A stretch of 32,000 bases of DNA from an uncultured archaeon (lineage in GTDB: Archaea > Iainarchaeota > Iainarchaeia > Iainarchaeales > 0-14-0-20-30-16): the NCBI GenBank assembly GCA_964480435.1, contig CAYZSS010000004.1, forward strand, positions 1 through 32,000, read 5' to 3'. This document shows positions 7,008 through 15,150 of this stretch, piece by piece. Positions within the stretch are counted from its first letter, which is position 1. Each line of letters opens with the position of its first letter. Below the pieces are notes generated by a model. It was not told the origin of the DNA. It did not search any database and saw only the letters and a program-made list of their open reading frames with translations. The position numbers and the translations under genes are program-made.

Positions 7008-10000
7008 ATGGATAGAAAACTTTTGTTCATGTATTTTATTATTTTTAATATGCTTTTTTCTACTATGGCTTTTGCATATAGTCCCACAACTGTAGATAGT
7101 AGTGTGGCCTGTAGAAATGAAAAATTAAGCCCTGAAGAAATAAACATTCTTTGGGATAACTATCTCAGAACAGGGTTTACTCCAACAAATATTTATTCAG
7201 GAACCCCTGAAGAACTGAAAGCAGAAGAAAAAACAAAAATAAAAGAAGAACCAAAAGCTGGTGAAGAAGGGTTAATACCAAGTATAATGAATATGGCTGG
7301 TGATAAGGCCATTGCAACTGTTGATATAGATACTGGAAAAAAAGTATCCGAAGATGCTCTTTGTTTTACTAAAGTAATTTCTGGTGATTATGCCTATGGT
7401 GGGATTTTATCAGATTCCCTAAGAGTAGGGCGATGTACAGAAGATACTCCTGGTTGTTCTGTATCAGGAGAGGGTTTACAATTTAAAAATACTGAAGGTG
7501 CATTAAAAATTTACTGGGAAGGAGTAAAAGCTATTATTGGTCTTGGTGAGGAAAAAACACAGCCAGGCTCTTATCTTGCAGGTCCAGTAAATACTGAACA
7601 ACTTAAAGAACAAGAAGAAGTAGTATCTGCGTTTGGTACGTCTGAAGCTGTTGAAAGTGCAGATGGTACTGCTGCAGAAAGTGATTTGGCCAGCACAGGT
7701 GCCGCGAGTAATGAATTAGAATTAATGAAAGTAAATCACGAAGCACAACCTAATGCAATGAGTAGCCTTTGGGTTGATGATATGTCTGCAGAGTTTTTGA
7801 TGTTATGTAATAATCAAGATTCAGGAAACAGATGTAGAGTATTATTGTATTCTTTTTTTGATAAATATTACAATTCTTATTATTCTGGTGGTTTAGTGGT
7901 AGTTGCGGGTGGCCCGGTTGCGTGGGGTGCAACAAAAAAACTTTTTGGAGGTATTTCTGCATTTAAATATGGTGGAAAAATAACTACTGGAATAAAAAAA
8001 GTGACGGATCCAGTAAAAGAGTTTATGACCAATACCTGGTATAAGCTAACTGAAAAAGATTTCAAATATTTTTCATCTAATGTGTTAGGAAAAACACAGG
8101 CAGCACTAAAGCACGGTGGAATTGGTGATGGATTAAAAGTTCTTGGAGATAATGTTTATGAAGCAAATACAAGCAAGGCTATTGCTGCTGCTCAAAAAGA
8201 GCTGGTTCCTAAACTGACGACTACTGAGTCAAAAGAAGCAATAGGGGCAGTTTTAGAAGCAAGAGCATCAGCAGCAGAATATGGTAAGGGATATTTAAAT
8301 AGTCTTAAGAATGCAGCCCCTGAATATAAATTAAAGGCTGCAATGCAAGCAGGAGAAAATGCTCCTGCTCTTTTAGGGGCGGAAATGAACAAAGCATTTT
8401 TAGAAAAAAATTATGCTGGTTGGATGTATGATTCTGCTGGCGCAAAGGCTATTAGTTCTGTACCCATTACTGATAAAGTTGCAGCAGAAGGTTTTTTAAA
8501 AGGAAATTTAGACCCTGCAAAAATATATAAAATGGTCCCTGGGCAAAGTCAAGGAAACCATGTAATTGGCAATTTAAAAAATTTTATGCAAAACCACGCG
8601 GGCTCAGATTTCATAGTAGATATTGGTGGTAATCCAGTAATACTTAATGCTGGTACTGTTGATGGTATAGTAGCACAAGCAGGAAAAGAAGGTATTACTG
8701 AACTGGAAATAAAGGCTGGTAGTAGATTAAATATTGATTTTGCTGAGTTTGGGGGTTATGATGGTTTTAGCAAAAAGTTTGCTAAAGATTATTTTGATGA
8801 TGTTTCAAAAAAATATAGTGTTGCCGCAACAAATTATCAAGCAGTAACAGAGGCCTTACAAAGTGCAAAGAAAATCCCTACAAGAAGCCCAAATGCAATG
8901 AAATTCATGATGAATGTTATGAATGGAAAAGGTGGAGCAGCGGGGAGTTTTATATTAAAATATGAAACAATACCAGCATTATATTGGCTTGCAAAAACTA
9001 GTGATTCAAGTCCAATAAAAGCATATATGATAAAAGACCAAGATATTACAAATGTAAAAGCATACACAGGGCCTGACGCAATTTATGCAGGTGCTTATAT
9101 TGATGTTTTCGCAAAAGAAGGTAGTGATAACGGGGATCTATTTAACAAAGCCCTGAAATATACTTTGTTCCCTTTAGATTTATTTAGTAAAGTAGCTCCA
9201 ACAGCAACAGGGTATCTTAAATCATTTTTCGGTCACCAATTTAGGGATACTCCGGGGGATGTAATTATTTATAATGAGGCCTTAAAGTGTACAACTGCCT
9301 CTTGTTTTATTTCATTAACTGGTAGTAAAAAAATAGTAAATGCAGGTGAAGTAAATTTAAGGACAGATAGTTTGCTTATGAGTGGAAAATCATTACAAGG
9401 GACAAAAAATTATTTTGTAGAATTCCCTGATTCTGATGTTTACAAAAAAACAGGTCTTACTTTAGGGGCCTTTGTTCATGGTATGAATGTAGTGGGAAAG
9501 CAGGGGGAAATAAACCTAGCATCTGCTGCAGCAAAGAAGGAAGATTGTTTAACTAAGTCAAAAGAATTAACTATTGCTGGGGTGCCTGTGGGAAGTATAA
9601 TGGCTTCAGATGCTGATCCTGCAAAACTTGCGATGCCAATAGGTATTTTTGAGAATACAATTGGGTTTGTGCTTCCTGGTCTTCCGGGATTGGGAGTTGG
9701 TATTGCTGTAAGTCTACTAATACAGGATGATATTCAGGAACAAATTGGAGAATGTGTAGACACTATTGATGGGTATTATGTAACTTATTCTTTAATACCG
9801 TATAAACCTGAAGAAGACAATGGTATTATGTCAAAAATTAAAGAAACAGTTTCAGAAGGAAAAGAGCAAAAACCGTCTATGCTTACCGATACAGCTATAG
9901 GGAAAGTTGCTGATAAAATAAAAGACCAATTTAGTTCAATAATACAAGATAAAACACATGAAGGTATTCAGATAAACTTGGATACAAAAGGAAAAACAAG

Positions 10001-11384
10001 CCAATCTGTATCTCTTGAGGATGTATTTTTGATTTGGGAAGGGCCAAATGCAAGCCAAACAAATCTGAAATACAAGGACACCGGAAAACTTGCATTAGTA
10101 GATAAGGACGGAAATGCAGCAATTATGGATTTTGATAAAGGTACTTTTACTATTAATGGAGAAACTATAAGTAATCCAGATATTGTTAGATTAATGGAAA
10201 AAGATAATCTTGGGCCATTTATTGCAATGCCTGTGGTAGTAACTGTAATTCCTGCAATAAGTTCGGGAGATATGTTCGAAGCAAAGACAAATGGGGACTT
10301 TGTTGTAAAAGACCCTGGGATGCTAGATTGTATAAGGCAAGGAGTATTTGAACAAACTGGGCAGGAAATGACTGGTAGTTCTTTGTTTGAGCATATGGGA
10401 CCTGTGACCCAGATGTTATTGGAAAATGGGCAAACTGTAGCTCCAACTTTAATAGGTTCAAGCAGTTATTTTGAAATTTTGGGAGGATCTACGGGTCGTG
10501 TTACTTTGTATAATTCAACGCTTACTGTTACAAAAGATAGATCAATAATTGTTAGGAATGCAAAAGAAACTAATCAATATGATAAAGTGGTGGGAATTGC
10601 ATTTGAAAAAGGGTCAATACTTTACAAACCAGAAACAAATGAATTTATTATGTGGATAAAGATTATGGCAGAAATGGATGGAAAGTTTGTTTCTAGTATG
10701 ACTCCAACACACACAACACAAATAAATGAAGAAACTGGTTGTGAAGAAGATGCTTTTGATTTGAAATTAGCTCCTTTGCAAGGGGATGTTACTGCAGCAG
10801 AGGATGTAGACAAGATGAATACCGCTTTAGAAAAAGCAGGGCCATTCCAATACTTTAAAACTCCAGAGTACACTATTATGTTTTATGCGCAGATGGTGGA
10901 TGGTGTTTGTAAAAGATTTATGAAAGTGATGGATAAAGACGGCAATGTAATAAGCGATTCAGAGATAACAAGTATAACAGCAACTCCTGATGGTTATGAA
11001 ATTACAACAGCAGATGGTAAAACACACGATATAGGCTTTTCTGCTGAAAATGGGCAGCCTATGCTGACCTTTGATGGACAAAAATCTCCTTTAACAATAG
11101 CACAAGGAAAAGATGGTGCTTTCTTTTATGACCCTAGTACAGGAAAATGGTATGTTGATAATGCCCAATTACTGCCTATAGATGATGACTTTAAGAGATT
11201 AGGGTCAAACACAGTGGGGAATTCTAATACTCCTGGAGGTAACCCAATAGAAGGTGGATTAAACCCATCAAGTGGTTCAGGCTCAAGTTGGGATATTCCA
11301 TTAACTGATGATTGGTTATTATACGGCTTAGTAATGTTATTTAGTGGAATGTTTGTGTATTTGATTTCAAGAAAGGACGAATAA
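7008..11384 (+). CDS. 1458-aa orphan envelope protein: Sec signal peptide, two internal Gly-rich hydrophobic segments, C-terminal TM anchor
   Basis: AGGTGA (6997-7002) sits 5 nt upstream of ATG 7008. The signal peptide is MDRKLLFMYFIIFNMLFSTMAFA|YS. Internal hydrophobic stretches are GGLVVVAGGPVAWGA (nt 7887-7931) and IGFVLPGLPGLGVGIAVSLLI (nt 9660-9723). The C-terminus is WLLYGLVMLFSGMFVYLISRKDE. Composition is A/G/K-rich, unlike the N/S/T-rich beta-type surface proteins elsewhere in the window. I recognise no domain. Confidence 0.8.
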   Translation: MDRKLLFMYFIIFNMLFSTMAFAYSPTTVDSSVACRNEKLSPEEINILWDNYLRTGFTPTNIYSGTPEELKAEEKTKIKEEPKAGEEGLIPSIMNMAGDKAIATVDIDTGKKVSEDALCFTKVISGDYAYGGILSDSLRVGRCTEDTPGCSVSGEGLQFKNTEGALKIYWEGVKAIIGLGEEKTQPGSYLAGPVNTEQLKEQEEVVSAFGTSEAVESADGTAAESDLASTGAASNELELMKVNHEAQPNAMSSLWVDDMSAEFLMLCNNQDSGNRCRVLLYSFFDKYYNSYYSGGLVVVAGGPVAWGATKKLFGGISAFKYGGKITTGIKKVTDPVKEFMTNTWYKLTEKDFKYFSSNVLGKTQAALKHGGIGDGLKVLGDNVYEANTSKAIAAAQKELVPKLTTTESKEAIGAVLEARASAAEYGKGYLNSLKNAAPEYKLKAAMQAGENAPALLGAEMNKAFLEKNYAGWMYDSAGAKAISSVPITDKVAAEGFLKGNLDPAKIYKMVPGQSQGNHVIGNLKNFMQNHAGSDFIVDIGGNPVILNAGTVDGIVAQAGKEGITELEIKAGSRLNIDFAEFGGYDGFSKKFAKDYFDDVSKKYSVAATNYQAVTEALQSAKKIPTRSPNAMKFMMNVMNGKGGAAGSFILKYETIPALYWLAKTSDSSPIKAYMIKDQDITNVKAYTGPDAIYAGAYIDVFAKEGSDNGDLFNKALKYTLFPLDLFSKVAPTATGYLKSFFGHQFRDTPGDVIIYNEALKCTTASCFISLTGSKKIVNAGEVNLRTDSLLMSGKSLQGTKNYFVEFPDSDVYKKTGLTLGAFVHGMNVVGKQGEINLASAAAKKEDCLTKSKELTIAGVPVGSIMASDADPAKLAMPIGIFENTIGFVLPGLPGLGVGIAVSLLIQDDIQEQIGECVDTIDGYYVTYSLIPYKPEEDNGIMSKIKETVSEGKEQKPSMLTDTAIGKVADKIKDQFSSIIQDKTHEGIQINLDTKGKTSQSVSLEDVFLIWEGPNASQTNLKYKDTGKLALVDKDGNAAIMDFDKGTFTINGETISNPDIVRLMEKDNLGPFIAMPVVVTVIPAISSGDMFEAKTNGDFVVKDPGMLDCIRQGVFEQTGQEMTGSSLFEHMGPVTQMLLENGQTVAPTLIGSSSYFEILGGSTGRVTLYNSTLTVTKDRSIIVRNAKETNQYDKVVGIAFEKGSILYKPETNEFIMWIKIMAEMDGKFVSSMTPTHTTQINEETGCEEDAFDLKLAPLQGDVTAAEDVDKMNTALEKAGPFQYFKTPEYTIMFYAQMVDGVCKRFMKVMDKDGNVISDSEITSITATPDGYEITTADGKTHDIGFSAENGQPMLTFDGQKSPLTIAQGKDGAFFYDPSTGKWYVDNAQLLPIDDDFKRLGSNTVGNSNTPGGNPIEGGLNPSSGSGSSWDIPLTDDWLLYGLVMLFSGMFVYLISRKDE

Positions 11385-11402
11385 AGGGGCATAAGGGATA
11401 AT

Positions 11403-11783
11403 ATGAAATCTATAACGCGATTTAAAGAAAAAGTAAAAACTTGGCGTGCTGAAAGAGTAGAAAAAAAAAGTCTAAAACGAGCCCAGGCTTTACAAAGATT
11501 AGATGAGTTAGGTAAGTTGCTTGATTATTGCTCAGAAGCACCTGTATGTAGAAGAATAAGTGCAAATTCTAAGCTTATTTCTGAAGCAGAAACTCTAAGT
11601 AAAAAATTGTGGTGGATGGGATTAAGAAAAGAAGCCAGACAAGCACATGGAATTGCAGTTACAGGTGCAATATTTTATTGGGTAAACAATTTGGGGAACC
11701 ATCCTATAAATTTTTCTTATGAGCAACAAGAAGAAATTTTAAAATTTCTTTTGCATAAGGGGCCAAGACCACACGGCTTATAG
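11403..11783 (+). CDS. Hypothetical basic helical protein (126 aa)
   Basis: The ORF starts 18 nt after the 1458-aa gene, with a G-rich SD-like AAGGGA upstream. There is no signal peptide. It mixes CGN and AGA arginine codons. No recognisable motif. Confidence 0.55.
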   Translation: MKSITRFKEKVKTWRAERVEKKSLKRAQALQRLDELGKLLDYCSEAPVCRRISANSKLISEAETLSKKLWWMGLRKEARQAHGIAVTGAIFYWVNNLGNHPINFSYEQQEEILKFLLHKGPRPHGL

Positions 11784-11799
11784 TAATATTTCTGTTAGT

Positions 11800-12492
11800 C
11801 TAAATAATATTTGGGCCATTATACTCTTTTTCTTTTGATTCTTTTAACTGGTCACTAACTGCGTTTCCCAGTTCTTTGGATTCTTCCAATAGTGGTTTTG
11901 TGTCTATATTTAAATCATACATTTTGTTTAGTACTACTATTGCCTTGGCTGCAGCATCATAATTTTTTCTTGCTGTAAAAGGCACTAAAATTAAATAAAT
12001 TGGGAACTCTTTCTCAAGAATAAAGAATTGTGCTCCTATTCCAGCAGTAATCCCTTCTTTGATTTTTTGTATTTTGTAAGTATCTAAATATTCTAAATTC
12101 TTTTTATTGTTGGCAACACCATAAACAGCTCCATTCTTGTTGTCAATAATTCCACCAATGGAAACAATTCTTGCCATTTTTGCTTTCTTTGCCCAGTTTA
12201 AAACAATGTTACAATATGACTTCAGGTCCTCTTTCTGAATTACTTGGTCTGAAATAATACAGATTAACTTATGCTTGTGTGATGCGTACGCCCTTATTGG
12301 CTGTTGTGGCAAGCCATTCTCAATCTTTACTATTGGAGTAGTGTTTTCGTGGTCAAAATGGCCTAAATACTCCATTTTTAGTTTTTCTATTAAATATTTT
12401 GTAGTAATAGAACTTACCAAGTCAGCGGAAGGGAATCCTTCGACTAAAGTATAGCCTTTATATGTTTTTTGAGATTTAAAGAACAAACCCAT
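11800..12492 (-). CDS. PAC2-family (proteasome assembly chaperone-like) protein
   Basis: The layout matches what I remember of PF09754/COG1938 proteins. It has an N-terminal LVEGFPSADLVSSITTKYLIEKL segment, a central IRAY...LICIISDQ segment and NWAKKAKMARIVSIGGI. This is a motif-level match only. Confidence 0.6.
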   Translation of the reverse strand: MGLFFKSQKTYKGYTLVEGFPSADLVSSITTKYLIEKLKMEYLGHFDHENTTPIVKIENGLPQQPIRAYASHKHKLICIISDQVIQKEDLKSYCNIVLNWAKKAKMARIVSIGGIIDNKNGAVYGVANNKKNLEYLDTYKIQKIKEGITAGIGAQFFILEKEFPIYLILVPFTARKNYDAAAKAIVVLNKMYDLNIDTKPLLEESKELGNAVSDQLKESKEKEYNGPNII

Positions 12493-12587
12493 GTAATCAC
12501 AGTAAATAATGAAGTTCTCTATTTATAATGTTTTTGCTCACAAATAGGTATATAAATATTATCTTATCAAGAGATATATACTAATTA

Positions 12588-13202
12588 ATGAGTGTGATAC
12601 CGATGACTTTTTCAAAATTATTCAAAAATATAGTTAATAAAGTTAAGAAAAAAACTAAAGATGGCGATTATGATTACAAGAAGATATATTCTGAAAAGCT
12701 AATTGCTCTAAGAAAAAAGAGAGCAAGTGTAGTTAAACTGGATAAACCAACTAATGTAGTTAGAGCCAGAGAGCTAGGATATAAGGCAAAAGAAGGTGTC
12801 TTTGTTGCTATGGCAAAGGTAAGAAAAGGAACTGGTGGGTTCTCCAGAGTAAATAAAGGAAGAAAGCCAAAAAGAACAGGATATCTGAAATTAACAAGAA
12901 AAATCTCAATACAAAGAATTGCTGAGCAAAGAGTTGCCAGAAAATTCCCTAATTGTGAAGTTCTAAATAGCTACTGGGTAGGGGAAGATGGAAAGGACAA
13001 GTACTACGAAGTAATTGTTGTTGAAAGAAACCACCCTGTAATACTAGCAGATAAAAAGTACTCTGATATAGTTCTTCAAACTAATAGAGTATTTAGAGGC
13101 TTAACTTCTGCCGGTAAGAAAGGAAGATGTCTAGATAAGAAAGGAAACGGAACAGAGAAGAATAGACCATCCATCAGAGCAAAAGGAAGAAAAGCGAAAT
13201 AG
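12588..13202 (+). CDS. rpl15e: 50S ribosomal protein L15e
   Basis: Strong family signatures: RARELGYKAKEG, GRKPKR, IAEQRVARKFPNCEVLNSYWVGEDGKDKYYEVI, FRGLTSAGKKGR, NRPSIRA. The start could instead be ATG 12603. TATA-like boxes lie at 12548-12557 and 12573-12581. Confidence 0.95.
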   Translation: MSVIPMTFSKLFKNIVNKVKKKTKDGDYDYKKIYSEKLIALRKKRASVVKLDKPTNVVRARELGYKAKEGVFVAMAKVRKGTGGFSRVNKGRKPKRTGYLKLTRKISIQRIAEQRVARKFPNCEVLNSYWVGEDGKDKYYEVIVVERNHPVILADKKYSDIVLQTNRVFRGLTSAGKKGRCLDKKGNGTEKNRPSIRAKGRKAK

Positions 13203-13258
13203 AGCCTTTTCTTTTTCTATTTTTTATTATTTTTTCTTAATTTTTAATACTCTTTTTG
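13203..13258 (+). terminator. Oligo-T rich terminator region after rpl15e
   Basis: Six T4-T6 runs occur within 56 nt immediately after the stop codon. Archaeal termination is typically signalled by oligo-T tracts. Confidence 0.45.
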
Positions 13259-13304
13259 TAAAAGGCTAGGCAGAAATAAAAACTTTGACATCTTTATTCT
13301 TATT

Positions 13305-13838
13305 ATGATTCGGGATTTTTTAGATCTGTCCTTGAAAGGGAAAAAAGAGGCTGTAATCTATTTCTCTGATAAATATAAGGGGCTTTCTAAAGAAGACCTC
13401 TTTGTGGTGGATGTGTCTAAAAACAAAGAAGAAATAAGAAAAATAAATAGTTATAACTGTTATATAGCTGCAAAAGTAAGTTCTCTAAAAGACGTGTTCT
13501 TTTGTTTGGATAAGAAGTTTGATTTTATAATTAATCCTTTTGAATATAACAAACTGTTTTTTGATAACTCTACAATTACTATGATGAAACAAGCGAAAAT
13601 TTATCCTTTGATTTTTATGTCTGATTATTTGAAGTTATCAAAAGGTCAGCAAATAGGGTTTTTGAAAAATGCTTTTTTATTAATTAAGTTAGCAAAAAAA
13701 CAATCCTTGCCAGTATTTATTTCATCTGGTGCAAAAATAGAAAAAGAAATAATTCCCAATAACCAATATTTGTATCCTTTATTTAATTTTAATTTAGAAC
13801 AAGTGGATAATTTTTTTGAAATCTTGTCTAGGAAGTGA
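13305..13838 (+). CDS. rnp3: RNase P protein component 3 (Rpp30-like), short form
   Basis: It lies between rpl15e and the Pop5 gene. The C-terminal half matches the remembered Rpp30 pattern (DFIINPFE..., PLIFMSDYL, LIKLAKKQSLPVFISSGAK). At 177 aa it is shorter than typical archaeal Rpp30. Confidence 0.65.
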   Translation: MIRDFLDLSLKGKKEAVIYFSDKYKGLSKEDLFVVDVSKNKEEIRKINSYNCYIAAKVSSLKDVFFCLDKKFDFIINPFEYNKLFFDNSTITMMKQAKIYPLIFMSDYLKLSKGQQIGFLKNAFLLIKLAKKQSLPVFISSGAKIEKEIIPNNQYLYPLFNFNLEQVDNFFEILSRK

Positions 13839-13842
13839 ATAC

Positions 13843-14181
13843 ATGAAAAGAAAACTAAATGCTTTGCCATTGTCATTAAGAGAAAGAAAAAGATATCTTC
13901 TGTTTTCAATGAATACAGTTACTGATTTTGAAAAAATTATTAATACTTATTTGCGTTCATTTTTTGGGACTTATTTTTTAGCTCAGATGGAATTAAAAAT
14001 AATAAAATCTTTTTTAAAAAAAGATCAAACTTTGTTTATTTTAAAGACATCAAGAGGAGAACATGAAAAAGTAATTGCTGCTTTGGAATTGTTTAAAGAA
14101 TCAGAAGGAAAGTATTTGAATTTAAAACTAGAAAAAGTAAGTGGCACAATAAAAACCTTGAAGGATTTCTTAGAAAAATGA
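13843..14181 (+). CDS. rnp2: RNase P protein component 2 (Pop5)
   Basis: The N-terminus MKRKLNALPLSLRERKRYLLF matches the Pop5 signature (LPxxLRxKxRY). I prefer ATG 13843, 4 nt after the Rpp30 stop and preceded by AGTGA, over ATG 13816. Confidence 0.8.
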   Translation: MKRKLNALPLSLRERKRYLLFSMNTVTDFEKIINTYLRSFFGTYFLAQMELKIIKSFLKKDQTLFILKTSRGEHEKVIAALELFKESEGKYLNLKLEKVSGTIKTLKDFLEK

Positions 14182-14190
14182 GGAACTAGT

Positions 14191-15114
14191 ATGTTAAGAA
14201 AAGGCCCTGCAGGAAAACCAAGAAAAAAAGATGTGCATTTTGTTTTTAAAGCGCACGCCCCTGGAGAAGTTTATGAAACAAGGATTCCAGATGCAAAAAC
14301 TTATATAGTTGAAGAAGTAAGGGGGGAAATTCGTCCGCGTACTGAAAAAGATATAAGCAAGTCTGCACCTGCCGAAGTATTTGGACGTACAAGACGTGAA
14401 TTTTTGCTTGGCTTGGTTCGTAGCGGAAAAATAGTAAAAGTTGGAGAAACTTTTAAACTAAGGGAAATGCCAAAATATAGACTGCTTGCTTGGAAGGTAA
14501 GAAAAGCAGAGGAAAAGTTAGGTGCAGAACCAAGTTTAAATTATGTTAAAAACTTTTTTGTTTCTGAGGCTAATTTTATCCGAGAAAGGCACCGTTTAAT
14601 ACGAAAGACAATTAAAGAATCTTTAAAAAATGGCGGTGTAGATGCACAGTATGGTACATTTCATTCTTTATTGTCTCGTGAATTAAAAAGGGAAGGCATT
14701 AATAGTAGTAGAGATATAGCCCCAGTAGTTTTTGATTTGGACGGGTTTGTGTTAAGAAAGCTTTTGGCTGGGGCAATACCAACAGATTTAGAATATAAAA
14801 AAGGATATATCTCTCGATTATGTGCGACCCTTAACATTCTTGAGGCAATTCTAGGAAAACATGACAGTATGGTTACTGATGCAGACAATCGAGTTTTTAT
14901 GTTAGTACAAACAACTATGCTAAATAGATGTAGCGAAGAACAAATAAATAATTTGCTGAACTTAAGATTGCCAAGAGAAATTCATGAAGAACTTTGTAGA
15001 ATAAATGGCTTGCCTCCAAATCCAACAAGAGCAGAATTAGAAGCATTTCTAAATAAGTATTCTGAGCATTGGAGAAGATTACAAAGAGCAGAAGAAAGAA
15101 ATAGAACAAAGTAG
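14191..15114 (+). CDS. Hypothetical R/K-rich helical protein (307 aa), atypical arginine codon usage
   Basis: GAGGA lies 6 nt upstream of the ATG. There is no TM segment or signal peptide. Many CGN Arg codons are present (CGT CCG CGT at 14332-14340; CGT at 14386 and 14395), whereas rpl15e uses AGA for every Arg I read. No recognised motif. Confidence 0.7.
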   Translation: MLRKGPAGKPRKKDVHFVFKAHAPGEVYETRIPDAKTYIVEEVRGEIRPRTEKDISKSAPAEVFGRTRREFLLGLVRSGKIVKVGETFKLREMPKYRLLAWKVRKAEEKLGAEPSLNYVKNFFVSEANFIRERHRLIRKTIKESLKNGGVDAQYGTFHSLLSRELKREGINSSRDIAPVVFDLDGFVLRKLLAGAIPTDLEYKKGYISRLCATLNILEAILGKHDSMVTDADNRVFMLVQTTMLNRCSEEQINNLLNLRLPREIHEELCRINGLPPNPTRAELEAFLNKYSEHWRRLQRAEERNRTK

Positions 15115-15150
15115 TAATTATATTATTTATTATTTATTTTTTTTGAGTTG

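Noticed and set aside
7887-9723. Interpreting the Gly-rich hydrophobic segments of the 1458-aa protein as viral or fusexin-like fusion peptides
   Set aside because: This rests purely on composition. I see no class II fusogen hallmarks, and the size and architecture differ from described archaeal fusexins. I keep it only as a speculative note in the operon finding.
11290-11384. PGF-CTERM or another known archaeosortase signal at the C-terminus of the 1458-aa protein
   Set aside because: A TM helix plus a charged tail is present, but the preceding residues (SSWDIPLTDDW) contain no PGF, PEF, PIP or VPxxxP motif. The tail (SRKDE) is not a clean basic cluster.
7750-11392. Nine minus-strand ORFs of 61-88 aa inside the 1458-aa gene. 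Similar antisense ORFs occur at 1697-1924, 4227-4439, 13646-13909, 14661-15109, 15447-15791, 17119-17370, 18213-18416, 19135-19317, 19865-20854, 21369-21584, 22724-23008, 24025-24924 and 25077-25295.
   Set aside because: Each is fully or largely embedded antisense or out of frame in a much longer ORF with clear protein signatures. None has its own TATA or SD geometry.
13203-13268. Inverted repeat AGCCTTTT (13203-13210) / AAAAGGCT (13261-13268) after rpl15e as a long-range hairpin
   Set aside because: It is an 8-bp stem enclosing a T-rich loop of about 50 nt, which is unlikely to be stable. The oligo-T tracts themselves suffice as an archaeal terminator.
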